Part shown: positions 50,141-63,688 of the stretch, one piece after another
How positions within the stretch are numbered: position 1 is the first letter of the stretch
Layout: each line of letters opens with the position of its first letter
DNA from: Convolutriloba macropyga
Taxonomy: Eukaryota
Length of the DNA: 64,000 bases
NCBI RefSeq assembly: GCF_964194025.1
Contig: NC_134478.1
Location: 5,332,001-5,396,000, forward strand
Direction of reading: 5' to 3'
Notes under the pieces: generated by a model
Seen by the model: only the letters and a program-made list of their open reading frames with translations
What the model was told of the DNA's origin: nothing
The model's database searches: none
Translations under genes and position numbers: made by a program

Positions 50141-52963
50141 TCAGACTGAGAAGGCAATGACAGATAGATAAAATAAAGACAAAGCAAATTCAAACTTTTA
50201 TAACTGAAAGCGTAATAAAACCCTTGCCAATTTTTCCTTTAGGTTTTCCCTTTTATCTCAAAATATTAGTTATCAATCAAAATTTGCCACATTTGTTTTT
50301 CGATAGAGATAAATATATGCGATTATTTTTGTTATAAATGCGATAGTTTTCTGGTGTTTTTTAACGAAAAAGAATGAAACTCACAATTATATGAATAATT
50401 TTTGCCCTGACACACTATATTTTGAGAATCATGAGTTTAAATTATGTTGTCAAAAGTTCAGAAAAATTCAATCTGGACCGCTGAATTTCAATTTGAATTC
50501 GAAATGAATCTCAATGAAAATCTAACCCTCATGAGAAAGGAAACACTGGCTGCTCTTAAACTACAAAATTTTTGAAAATTGGTTTCGTTTATTTAAAATT
50601 TTTAGGCGAGTGTTCTGTTATAGTTGAAACTTCTACATGAAAAAAAGTTTCATTGTGAAACTGTGGAATAAAAACAATAAAAAACATTATGTGGAACATT
50701 TTGAGTATTTGAACCAAAAGACCAAAAAATTGTATAGAGGTAGATGGTAACGATGCAGAACAGCACACTATTTCAGTCACTTTCTGTTTTGGTGCTAGCA
50801 AAATCAAAACTTCAAACTGGCTACAGAGTTCAACATAAAGTGAGCATAGATCTCGACAAAACTCATGCTTGAAAACTCAGGAGTCGACTCAGGGTGAAAG
50901 TTGACATACACATTCAAAACTAATCTAGTTACTTTAATTTTAATTTAGACTCTCATTAAGGCAATCTAAATGGAAACCAACAAAAAAGTTTTAACAGTTT
51001 TGAGTTACAAGATAATTTTTTCATTACTCTCAGAAAAAATCTTTAAAACTGAACCAAAAATTTCATCTGATAAGATCAGTGAGATTTCAGCGATTGAAAA
51101 CAACATAGAAAATTGCATTGATCAGGTTCAAAGTAAAACCGTAAAAACCTCTTTTAGCACTGGAAAATTTCAAGCAATGAAGACACAAATTACTTTCATG
51201 TCTTATCCCTGTTGAGTAAAAATCAGATTAAATCTCTACGCATAAAGCGAAGCAAGGAGGCTCAATTATAAACGTTTGCACATGAGGTTCTGACCCCTCT
51301 CATCCATAAACCATCTTCAAGAGCAAAAAAGATGTATTCAAAGTACAAAGATGAAGATTTGATTGGTTTTCCAGTTAATGCAGCGTTCAGGGGAGTTTTA
51401 AAAACCAACTAAAACAAATTTTATAAAAGATTCTGTAGTGCTGAAAATATTATCAAAATTGGTTAGCTTCGGTGCCAAACATTATCAAATTTCATTGCTG
51501 TTTTCAATAGTCAAAAATGTTATGAGGTTTACTTTTGCATCAATTTTTACACCTCTATGTTTTACTTTTTGATATACGTACCTTAATTCGTTCTTGTTCA
51601 CAGAGAAATTGTCAAGAAAACATATGTTGTACCAAAAATCTAAAATTAGTCTTCATGTCTTCTGAAGTAGGACATTGAAAACTATTTTTTCCAAATTTTG
51701 TATCAATTATGCCCATAAACAAAGTTTAATACGAACAGTCAGAATTCCAAAAAAAAACAAAAACATTAAAAAAACAGTTAACAAAAAAACAGTGGAGTTT
51801 TTTAAAAGTTTTGCGTTGCATCAGTAGAAAAAATTTTGATGAGACAAGTGGTTAAAAAATTAATCATTATCAGCACAAAAATTAGAATAACTGCGCCTGC
51901 ATTTGTGCTAATTCGAGGATGCTTAGTTGGAGATCTACATCATAATCAAATTGATAAAGTTGCAGTTTCACATTTTTTTAAAGTCTGTTTCTTTTCGGGT
52001 TTCTTGTTTCTACAAAGAATCAATAATATGATAAATTTCATACCAAAAAATACAATTGCTGTCACAAAGACCCACTAAAAGTCCAAACTTATTGACAAAA
52101 GCAAAATTACCCATTCAACTTTGTTTTGAACCAAATTACAATCGGGTTTGAAGGCTGGTTTCAACACCCGATAACAGTTTGTAATGCAGGTTTGTTAATT
52201 ATTAGAATCTGTTCCGTGAATGATAGTTTTATAAAAGCAGCTACTGGTGAATGAAGACATCTTTGAAAAAATCAACATTAGGACGCATGTTCCAGTTTTA
52301 GATTGATCACTCGTTTTTTTAAAAAAAATTGCGTTGCCGTTTCGATTTGAAAAAAGCATTGACAAAAAACAGCTGAAAAATTTCTGATGCAACATCAGCG
52401 AACGAAACTGATTTTTTGTCTACAATTATGCTTTCGTAGAATTCGTTATTTTTTTGAGAAAAAAATAATTAGACAATTTTTGTCCGAGGAAAACGCTTTA
52501 TCTTTTTTTTTAATTTTAAATGACTTTCCAGCTAAAAGAGTGTCTAATGTCAATCAAGTGCTATTCTTCTGTTGATGGTTTTGAAACATCAGAATAAACG
52601 TAAATGAAACTTGACGTTCCACTATAATTTTTGAAAAATTTTTGAGACTTTTTGCTATATTTTATGCAAAGTTGTACAGATACCAGAAGAAAAATTAAAA
52701 CAAGACGTCTTTTCAAAGCCAAAACGTTTGACACAATTTTTTGGCCTTCTTCGACATTTGAAATTTTGGCCGTGACAATGACTAATGATGAAACCAAGAA
52801 AAACAGGCAGCTCTTGTTTTAACTGGAAAATGTACAAATTTTCGACAAAAACTCAAAAGATCGGTTCCTTAGTTGAAAAACCTCTAGTTTGGGTCAATTA
52901 AAAGTTGCGTTCTCTTGTATTTAATAAACAAATGCAGCTAAAATTGAATGTTTTACACAAACA

Positions 52964-53248
52964 NNNNNNNNNNNNNNNNNNNNNNNNNNNNNNNNNNNNN
53001 NNNNNNNNNNNNNNNNNNNNNNNNNNNNNNNNNNNNNNNNNNNNNNNNNNNNNNNNNNNNNNNNNNNNNNNNNNNNNNNNNNNNNNNNNNNNNNNNNNNN
53101 NNNNNNNNNNNNNNNNNNNNNNNNNNNNNNNNNNNNNNNNNNNNNNNNNNNNNNNNNNNNNNNNNNNNNNNNNNNNNNNNNNNNNNNNNNNNNNNNNNNN
53201 NNNNNNNNNNNNNNNNNNNNNNNNNNNNNNNNNNNNNNNNNNNNNNNN
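52964..53248. other. Assembly gap (N)
   Basis: Run of N. Confidence 1.
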
Positions 53249-53699
53249 TGGCTAATTCGACCAATTTATCAAAAATAAAAGATGATTTTTGGATTCTTAT
53301 CGAGCTATAATACTAAAAAAGCACAATGTATGTTTTCTAATTAGATGCAAAATTAACATCAATTTTTGGCAAAGTTAGAGATATCAATACGAATTAATCA
53401 AAACATTTTGTTGGAGCCATAAATACCATGCTTTACTCATAACACACAATATTGTTTCATCGGACATAATTGAAATCTAAAAATACGTCATATTATTTGG
53501 TTTTGTGAATGAATATAGACCTTTTTGTAATTAGGAAGCAGTCAAGGCACAAAAAACTCAAAAGTCAGAGCCAAAAGACAACCGGAGTTTTTTATTGCAA
53601 TACTCAACGATGAGACCAAAACTGGCCTTGCTATCGCTCCGCAGCTGTTAAAAACACAATTTTTCAAAAATATTGCTTAATGGTTTTTGCAAACAAAAA

Positions 53700-56600
53700 C
53701 TTTATTATATCAAAAGTAAACTTTCGTCTTTTATAAATATTGGTATAAATTAGTCAAAGACCGCAATAAAGTTATTTCCAGAAGTAGGAACGGGGTACAA
53801 TTAGCCCATAACTTAATATAGGAAGATTGCTTCATTCATTTTTTTTGTCTGCACAGCTTGTCAAAATGGGCAAAATGGACCAAATAGGCATATTAGATGT
53901 GGTTTTTAGCAGAAAAAATTGCTATATTTTCAATAATTCACCTGAATATTTTCTGAATCCAGTTGGCTCAAACAATTCACCAATTCTTTTCTCTCGTTAT
54001 AATATATCTTTTGTATAATCAATTAGATAATAGTTATCGATTTTATTAAAAATAAGCAAAAATTGTTATAAATTTATTCAAAAAATAAGCAAAATGTGAA
54101 CAAAAGAATGGAAGTTAGGCTAACGTTCAAAATGATTTAAACCTCCGTAAACACTTGGAAAAGCGAAGTTCAGAAAAAAAATAATTTGAACTTCTGCGTT
54201 TGACAATCTTTCGATTTACACCACTCCCAATCCTGTACAAGGAATATATCGATCGGCAAAAATTGACGGACCCAAAAAGCCAGTTGAGAATATATTTCTT
54301 CCTCAGCGGATTGGTACAATTGCAAGAATTGCAAGAAACGGGCCAGGAATGGCGTTGAATACAAAATGCTTACCAAAATACTCCGTGAAGCTGTCGTCAT
54401 TGCTTTTATCTCGTCAATATGTGTTGCGATTACCAAAAAGTTGTTATTGACGTCAACTTTCCGCCTGCTCAAATTATACTTGTAGGAAATTAGAGAAGTA
54501 TTTCAAAGTAAGCTGCTTCGTCTCAGAACAGAAGAGGAGGTCTGGGAACATGAAATGAGAGACAGATTGATTTTTTCAATGACAAGTCTGATCATATCAA
54601 CTAATAATCTAATAAACTTACACCTGCAAAACTTAACATAAAAACTATTTAATGGCGCAAATCTTGCTCGATATGTTCTTGGCAAATCAAAATTTTTTTT
54701 ATAACAAAAATAAACTCTGCGTTTATTGTAAATATTGGTTTAAATTAGCCAAAGAGCGCAATAAAGTTTTTTACAGAAGTAGAAACAGGGTTACAATTAG
54801 CACATAACTTAATATAGGAAGATTGCTTCATTCATTTTTTTGTCTGCACAGCTGGTCAAAATGGGCAAAATTGACCAAATAGGCATATTGGATGTGGTTT
54901 TTTAACAGAAAAAATTGCTATATTTTCAATAATTCACCTGAATATTTTCTGAATCCAGTTGGCTCAAACAATTCACCAATTCTTTTCTCTCGTTATAATA
55001 TATCTTTTGTATAATCAATTAGATAATAGTTATCGATTTTATTAAAAATAAGCAAAAATTGTTACATATTTAATCAAAAAATAAGCAAAATGTGCACAGA
55101 AGAATGGAAGTTAGGCTAACGTTTAAAATGATTTAAACGTCCGTAAATACTTGGAAAAAGCGAAGTTCAGAAAAAAAATAATTTGAACTTCTGCGTTTGA
55201 CAGTCTTTCGATTTATACCACTCCCAATCCTGTACAAGGAATATATCGATCGGCAAAAATTGACGGAACAAAAAAACAATGTTGAGAATATTTTTCTTCT
55301 TCAGCGGATTGGTACAATTGTAAGAAACGGGCCAGAAATGGCGTTGAAGACAAAATGCTTACCAAAATACTCCGTGAAGCTGTCGTTATTGCTTTTATCT
55401 CGTCAATATGTGTTGCTTTTACCCAAATGTTGTTCTTGACGTCAAATTTCCGCCTACTCAATTTATACTTCTAGGAAATAAGAGAAGTATTTCAAAGTAA
55501 GCTACTTCGTCTCAGTACAAAAGACGAAATCATAGTTAAGAGGAGGTCCGGAGAACATCAAATGAGAGACAGATTGATGTTTTCAATGACAAGTCTGCTC
55601 TTATCAACTAATAAAATAATAAACTTACACCTGCAAAACTTAACATTAAATTTATTTAATGGCGCAAATCTTGCTCGATATGTTCTTGGCAAATCAAAAT
55701 TTTATTATAACAAAAATAAACTCTGCGTTTATTGTTAATATTGGTTTAAAGTAGCCAAAGAGCACAATAAATTTTTTACAGAAGTAGAAACAGGGTTACA
55801 ATTAGCACCTAACTTAATATAGGAAGATTGCTTCATTCATTTATTGTCTGCACAGCTGGTCAAAATGGGCAAAATTGACCAAATAAGCAAATTGGATGTG
55901 GTTTTTTAACAGAAAAAATAGCTATATTCTCATTAATTCACCTGAATATTTTCCGAATCCAGTTGGCTCAAACGATTCACTAACTCTCTTCTCTCGTTAT
56001 AATATATCTTTTGCATAATGAATTAGACAATAGTTATCGATTTTATTATAATTCAGCAAAAATTGTTATACATTTAATCAAAAAATGAACAAAATGTGAA
56101 AAAAAGAATGGAAGCTAAGCTGGCGTTCAGAAATTTTTAAACCTCCGTAATTCCGTGGAAAAAAACGAAGTTCAGAAAAAAACTAATTTGAACTTCTGCG
56201 TTTGACAATTTTTCGATTTATGCCACTCCCAATCCTACACAATGAATATATCGATTGGCAAAAACTGACTAAACAAAAAAAACCAGTTGAGAATTTAATT
56301 CGCCTTCAGCGGATTGGCACAATTGTAAGAAACGGGCGAGGAATGGCGTTGAATACAAAATGCTTACCAAAATACTCCGTGAAACTGTCGTCATTGCTTT
56401 TATCTCGTCAATATGTGTTGCGTTTGCCAAAATGTTGTCCTTGACGTCAACTTTCCGCCTACTCAAATTATAATTGTAGGAAATAAGAGAAGTATTTCAA
56501 AGTAAGCTGCTTCGTCTCAGAACAAAAGACAAAAAGCCAGTTAAGAGGAGGTCTGGGAACATCAAATGAGAGACAGATTGATGTTTTCAATGACAAGTCT

Positions 56601-57840
56601 GCTCATATCAACTAATAAACTAATAAACTTACACCTGCAAAATTTAACAAAAATTCTTTAATGGCACAAATCTTTCTCGTTATGTTTTTGGCAAATCAAA
56701 ATTTTAATATAACAATTAAACTTTGCGTTTTTTTAAAAATATTGGTTTAAAGTAGCCAAAGAGCGCAATAAAGTTTTTTTTACAGAAGTAGGAAACAGGG
56801 TTACAATTAGCCCATATCTTAATACAGGAAGATTGTTTCAGCGGATTTTTTTGTCAGCATACTAGTCAAACTGAACAAAATGCGCCAAATAAGCATGTTT
56901 GATGTAATTTTTTTCAATAAAATAGAAAAACTGCAATATTTTCAATAATTCGCCTGAATACTTTTCCTAACCAGTTGGTTCNNNNNNNNNNNNNNNNNNN
57001 NNNNNNNNNNNNNNNNNNNNNNNNNNNNNNNNNNNNNNNNNNNNNNNNNNNNNNNNNNNNNNNNNNNNNNNNNNNNNNNNNNNNNNNNNNNNNNNNNNNN
57101 NNNNNNNNNNNNNNNNNNNNNNNNNNNNNNNNNNNNNNNNNNNNNNNNNNNNNNNNNNNNNNNNNNNNNNNNNNNNNNNNNNNNNNNNNNNNNNNNNNNN
57201 NNNNNNNNATCGTTGTCATTTTTATCATTTATTAGCAAAAGTTGTTCAATATTAAATCAAAAAAATTACCAGAAATGTGAAAAAACGGAAGTTAGGCTAA
57301 CGTTCACAATTATTTAAACCTCCGTAAATCCTTGGAAAATGCGAAGTTCAGAAAAAAACTAATTTGAAGTTCGGCGCTTGACAAACTTTCTATTGATATC
57401 ACTCACAATCCTGTACAATGAATTTATCGGTCGGTGAAAACTGTCTGAATAAAAAACCCAGTTGAGTACATAGTTCTCCCCCCACTAAATTGGGTCGGAA
57501 CAATTATAAGAAATGGGCCAGGAATGACGTTGAAAACAATATGATTACCAAAATATTCCGTGAAACTTCGTCATTGCTTTTATCTTGTCAGATTTGTGTT
57601 GCTTTTACAAAAATGTCGTCCTTGACGTCATCTTTTTGCTTACTCAAAAATACTTGTGAAAAATTAGAGAAGTGTTTCAAAGTAAGCTGCTAATTTTGTC
57701 TCTGTCTCAGAATAAAAGACAAAAAGGCAGTTAAAAGAAGATCTGAGAACATGAAATGAGAGACAGATCGATTTTTTCAATGACAAATCTGCTCAGATCA
57801 CCTATTGTATGTATACTTGAAAAATTTAACATCAAAACCA
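53700..57840. repeat. ~1.0-kb tandem repeat array with at least 4 units; diverged partial copy at ~60070-60810
   Basis: cagaagtag at ~53780, 54774, 55779 and 56783. gcgaagttcagaaaaaaa.taatttgaacttctgcg and aaatgagagacagat recur at ~1-kb spacing. Confidence 0.93.
56982..57208. other. Assembly gap (N) inside the fourth repeat unit
   Basis: Run of N. Confidence 1.
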
Positions 57841-60800
57841 ATTTTTTATATTTCTTGATTGGTTGTTATTGTAAATTACGAAACAAAATTTAACGCTTTT
57901 ACTCTCAGCTTTTTCACTGTTCACAATTTGAGGCATTAACACAGAATTCAGTTCAGACTGGAAGGAAGGTTGAAAATCAGTTCAGCTTTTCTGTGAGTAC
58001 ATTTTGTTATGTTTTTGTTTTTCACGTTTTCACAACAAACTTTTCATCACAAAACAGCTGCTGATAATTCTTCAAAATTCTATTAATCAAACGAGAAAAC
58101 TGACCAATCAAAGAGCACCCAATTCCAGAACTTAGTGTTTAAATTGTGATAAATCCTTGAAAAGATACCAATTGAATCATAATATTATCATTAGATTCGA
58201 AAAACCCAATAACGTTCCCTAACATGTAAAAGTGGGATAAAAATTTAAGAAAATGAGTCAATTCAACATCAAGGTACTATTCACCAAAGAGGAAGAGACA
58301 GAAAATTTTCAAAAAAAGTGTTCGAAAATAAGTGATTTTTCTATTAAAAGAGTCGCTTTGGCTCTGACCGCTATACATATGAATGGAACAATGAGTCGGA
58401 ACAATATGAAGCGGAACAACGACTCAGTAGAGAACCGATGATAATTGCCATTAAGGAGTTTAACAGGCAAGACAAACAACAAAATTAAATAAAACAACAA
58501 GCATTACTTACGACCAAAACTCAATGTCGATTCATTTTTTCGAACTTTAATGAAAAAGTCACAAAAGGATCAGATAAAAAAAACTAAACCAAATGATCTA
58601 AACTTTACCAGAAAAGAAATGGGATCTTTCTTTATTGACAATAATTAACGAGCAGACAGACAACAAAGTTCAAAGTTAGAGAATACGTGTACCATTTTTT
58701 TTAAAAAATTAGTTCAAAGTCATGAAAGCAATTAGTTATCATCTGAAGTCCAATAGCTTCTTTTGCAGCTTCAAACAAAACTGTTGAGAGTTGTTATTAT
58801 CCGGAATCCCCAACGACTAAAAAAAATACAAACGAAAATCAAAAGGTCATTTTGCGACGAAACAGTGTCGTAGACTAAAAGATCAAAATCCATTTGTCAA
58901 TTGTGCCCTATTTTGACGGGATTTATGTGATATTTGACTTTTTATTAATGTGCCTTCAACATGATTAAGGGACAAGACAACAAATGAGAACCTAAAAAAT
59001 CGGAAAATGTCAAAAAAAAAAATAAAGAAAAGTATGGAAACACTTTGGCTCAACGCCACAAATCAAATATTTGAATAATAAAGCGACAATTGAAACCACA
59101 ACAGAAATCAATTGAAAAAGATTGCATCCTTTCTCTTTAATGGAGCAATGATTAAAGGTTGCAGTGGCGAATTTCGAAAAACCATTAATTTTTAAGGACA
59201 AATTTGTTAAAACCGTAAGACATTACAACCGTAACTTTGTACAAAAAAAATGGTTGACAAAAAATTGAATTGGAACTGCTTATGAAGCAAGTTGTACGTG
59301 CCATTAGTGAGACTAAGTCAATAGACCTCATATTGAAACTGAATAGAGACAGATTTCAAAATTTCACGAACAATTTTATGCAACCGCTGTTGAAGCCTAA
59401 ATTAATTTGATTTTTTTGATATTTTAGAGTATGTTCATTGCTTTTCCTTTGTGTTTATTTTTGACCTTTCATTATATGGGTTTCCATATGAAATCACCCT
59501 GGCAGTACCTTATTCAAAAAAAAACAAACAAAAAATTTCAATTATTTCAAAAAAAAATATATTAAGCAACCCATTAATTATATTAACCCGATTAATATTT
59601 GAACTATGAAATTCCACAACTAAGCCAAAACTGCAATACTGGTTTTGCTCCTACTGCTTTTACTTTGAAACCAAAAAGTGTACCAAACTTTATCCAAATA
59701 GCTAATTTGACCAACAAGTCCCTATACCAAAAATAAAACGTAAATTCGGTTACTTATCGAGTTGTATTACCATAGAACCATTATCAATCAACTGAAGGCA
59801 TTAGAAAACTTCTTTTTATCTCCTGCAAACCCCAGATTAATATCTGTTTACTTAAACTTTGTTGTAAGTCCAGAAGAAGAACATCAAGTTCTGGCCTATC
59901 TCAAGATTTCAGTAAAAATAAAGAAAACAAGTTGTGGGGGCCACAAAAACCATGAGCCATACTCCAATAACGCAATATATTTCATTGACTTTATTGGATC
60001 TTAAAATTTTCTCTTATTATCGATCCTTTGTATTGAATTTTTTGGCAATGGGGACAGAAAAATGCAAGATTTTCAAAAAGACCCAAAAATCAATCTGAAT
60101 CCTTTTTCATTAAAAAAACTCACTTAGACTCAATCTGGTCTTGCTATCGCTGCGCATGGGTGTTGAGAATACAATTAATTGCTCTTTTATATTGCGTTAG
60201 CAAAAGTCGTAATATATCAAAAAATAATCTAGGCGTCTTTTAAAAAAAATCGGATTCATTTACCGAAAGACCGCAAAATTGATCATTTCATAAAACTCTC
60301 TGAGGAACCGGAAGTAATATTAGCCAATATCTTAGTAAAAAGTGATCGGTGCAGCCGTTGTTTTGTCTCTACCACTAGTTAAACTGTAACATTTGCTCAA
60401 ATAAGCAAATTCGATGCTTTTTTATGAAAATAAGAAATGATGATTTTTCAAAAAATTTAGATGGAAATTTTGCCAAAACAATTGCTTCCAACCGTTCTCC
60501 AACTCTCTTCTGCCTTTAAACGCGAAATTAAATAGACTATGTTAAACAATTTTATCATATGTTAGCAATACTAATCAAATTATAAGAAAAAAAACGAAAA
60601 TAATGAACAAAACTACTGTAGTTAGGCTAGCATACACAAATTTTTAATCCTCCGTAACTTCTTGGAAAAAGCGAAATTAAAAAAAGCACTTTTTATTTTG
60701 AAACTCTACGCTTGATGTCCTTTCTAATGAAAATGCAAACTTATAAATCCCCGAAAATTGACTGAACAAAAAAAACAATTGAATTTATAAATCGTCCCCC

Positions 60801-61865
60801 CACTCAATATTTCGGAGTAAAAAAATTATAAACTGTTTTCTTCTAAGTTATTATCTAATTTGTTATCACAATTAAAAGGTATCTGATAAAGTTTGCTAAA
60901 GGCAGAGATAGTTTTCATAAAGGGTGAGATATCTGATAAAGGGAGAGATAGTTCATTAACAAAAGGGATCTGTTAAAGAACTATCTTTCCCGTCAACAAT
61001 TTTTTGCTGCCATAAGTTGTTAACAAACTAAATAATTACGCCGAAAAACGTTCATTTGGATTTTTCGGCCAATTTGGTCTAAACGTGAAGAAATGTGACA
61101 ACACAGGTCTCTCTTAATCACCTTGGTCCCCATTTTATGTCACTACTTTCCAAAGTTTTTTTGCATTCAGTTAGCCTACAACAAGCGTTATCAGTTTTAT
61201 TACTAATTATCTAAGACATAGTTCAAAAACTAAACTTTTTTAATTACCAATTTATGATAACGTTCAAAACAAGGATTGTCCATTTTAATCAGCAAATAGT
61301 AAAATGAAGATATTTTGTCTAATTGATATTCTATTGGGCGTTCTTCGGTTTCTATTTAATTTGCAAGTTGTTAGCAGTTTTTGTTCGACGATAGCTCAAA
61401 AACACAAATCGCGTACAAATGTGTCGGATATTTCCAAACTTTCGTGAGCTTGAACTAAATTCACCGCACGTTCTCTATTTTCTATGCTCGTTTTATAACT
61501 CTAAACTTAAAATGCGCGCCGTAAAAAACTCCGGACAAATCAAGAAATTTGTTTGCTTTTGTTTACGTGTTGCGGCGTAAGGAAGACTGCTTTAGCGCTA
61601 AAGATGGTTTCTATAGTCTAAAAGAAATCGAGATTGTCCATTAGAAACAAAATATGCCTCGAAAAACTAAAAAAAAAAAACAAATTATAAACAATTTAGA
61701 GGGCAGGGTCATTTTTTAATTAAAATTTAAAGGCAACAACTATAAGCAACCTTTGATCAATTAAAATGGTGAGCATGCAAGAGTATTTCACATGACAAGG
61801 GAAATAGTAGAAAAACAAAAATCGAAGAGGCTTGATAATTCGTAAATGTGTTTTTTCATAGCCCG

Positions 61866-62205
61866 CCCGGGTCGAGGTTTGGTGAAAAAGATTAGTGGTG
61901 AATAACTTTTCACCGCAAAGCGCCCGCATCTTTGAGATGAAAGCGGTGAATTTTTGTAGGATCTGCGGTTTTTAGCAGTGAATTTTTTTTCACCGCATTC
62001 ACCAAATTTCTTACGAACAAGAAACTGCAGTACTCGGATTCTAACCTCTCACTGCCTGCATGTCAACAACATCTTATTCCACTGCGCCATCTCTCAATAA
62101 ATTCCATGATATTTCTTGTGAGCTTAAATCAGATTCAATAAATTTATGAAAAACAAATGAGTTAAAATTTTGCTAAAATTTTCGGTTTTTAGCGGTGAAT
62201 TTTTA
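61866..62205. mobile_element. Partial CACTA/CMC-like element with gcggtgaattt repeats
   Basis: Begins cccgggtcgagg, the same terminus as 11136; the right TIR was not found. Confidence 0.5.
62030..62095 (-). mobile_element. tRNA-derived SINE head or tRNA pseudogene remnant
   Basis: The minus strand reads gatggcgcagtgg (Pol III A box) ... ggttagaatcc (B box, one mismatch) at tRNA-like spacing. No convincing cloverleaf. Confidence 0.55.
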
Positions 62206-62689
62206 TATTTTAATTTTAGAATATGTGGCAACTAGTCGCAAGATTTCTATATAAATTGAGTACTATTTTTGAGAAAAATCCTAACTGAAAGAAACCGTCA
62301 TTTTATTTTCAATCTCAATTGAAAAACAAACGAAATTGACGCGCATTATTTTAAACAAATGCCTAGATTGATGTTTTCCAGAATTTGTTAACTGAGTAGG
62401 GGTGCCATTCAATTAAAACTTGGACTGATTCTCTGATAATTTGATTATTTAAAGTTTGCTTATTTCAACCTAGCTGTCTTTACACTAATGGGGGAGGGGT
62501 TGTAAATCAGTGCGAAATCTGAAGCGCTGTTTCTGTCTTATCAGAGATGATATTGAGCTCACAAAAGATACAAAAACGGTCTTGAAATGGTGTGAACATA
62601 GTACGTTTTAGTCTGGTGTGGTCTGGTCACAAAAAACAGATCAAGAGCACGAAATCCTATCAAGAGTCATTTTGATCTGGGACCTCAAG

Positions 62690-62850
62690 CTCACAGTCTT
62701 TCTTATGCACCCCAGATACAAACAATATTATTATTGTATAACACGCTACTTTGTAAAAAATAGCACATGCACCTGGGGAGGGGGGCGCAAAATTATATGC
62801 CCACTAAGCTTTGTTGGGGGGGGGGGGGGGGGGGGTCAGAATAGCGCCCC
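62690..62850. mobile_element. Diverged MITE of the poly-C/poly-G family
   Basis: gcacatgc...cccactaagct...poly-G...cagaatag, the reverse orientation of the 28787 copy. Confidence 0.6.
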
Positions 62851-62920
62851 GAGTTGATTAATTCAAATTATTTAAACAGGGCTAGTAATACAGATTAAAG
62901 TGTGATTTGTTTCTCTACAG

Positions 62921-63131
62921 CAAAATGGCAACACAAGATGCAAGTGATCAAACGAGACGACTTTATAGAGACCTCGGACCAGCTTTTGTGGCTGTTGCTG
63001 ACGCTCTTGTGTACGGAAACCTTTCGGGTGTGGACACCCTCGAGGAACGGCAAATGTTTCTTATGATGATGGAAAAAGCGTTGCTGGTCGGCAATGAAAC
63101 AAATGTGGCGGTTGTTCTGCAGATAACACTG
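62921..63131 (+). CDS. Coding exon of an unidentified gene (MATQDASDQTRRLYRDLGPAFVAVADALVYGNLSG...VVLQITL)
   Basis: Strong acceptor tttgtttctctacag, ATG at 62925, perfect GTAAGT donor at 63132 and an open GC-richer frame. No family recognised. Confidence 0.7.
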
Positions 63132-63138
63132 GTAAGTA

Positions 63139-63688
63139 CCCGGGCCGAGGAATGAGCGGAAAAAAAAATGCAAGAAATGAGCGGAATTTGAGCGGAATAA
63201 AAAATGCAAGAAATGAGCGGAAATTGAGCGGGAAAAAAATGCAAGAAATGAGAGGAATGGTCGGAATGAGCGGATTTTTTAGTCTGATCAGAGGACGTTT
63301 CGAACGCACTTTAGTATGAGCAGGGACGTTTCGAACGCACTTTTGTCTGATCAGAGGACGTTTCGAGAGCTGAAATAGGTTAAATACTGTCGGAAAAAAC
63401 CTACAGTTGAACTAACGAAGCTCAATGTTTCCGCTAAAAGTGTATACATTTTTGGTCAGGTCAAATTCCGCTCATTTCCTGCATTATTTATTCCGATCAA
63501 ATTCCTCTCATTTCTTGCATTTTTTTTCCGCTCAAATTCCGCTCATTCCTTGCATTTTTTATTCCGCTTAAATTCCGCTCATTATTGCATTATTTTTTAT
63601 CGATTTCGCTCATTCCGGTCAAATTCCGCTCATTCCGGTCATCTCTTGCATTTTTTGAGCGGAATTTGAGCGGACTCCTCGACTTGGG
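63139..63688. mobile_element. Non-autonomous CACTA/CMC-like DNA transposon
   Basis: TIR cccgggccgagga...tcctcgacttggg with a TA 2-bp flank on both sides. Inverted arrays of aaatgcaagaaatgagcggaatttgagcgg. Confidence 0.8.

Noticed and set aside
52905-57238. ORFs consisting of X residues
   Set aside because: Artefacts of the N gaps.
54170-57693. Recurrent 65-100-aa ORFs on both strands in the 1-kb repeats
   Set aside because: They mostly start at TTG, overlap on both strands and change frame or length between units. They recur only because the DNA is repeated.
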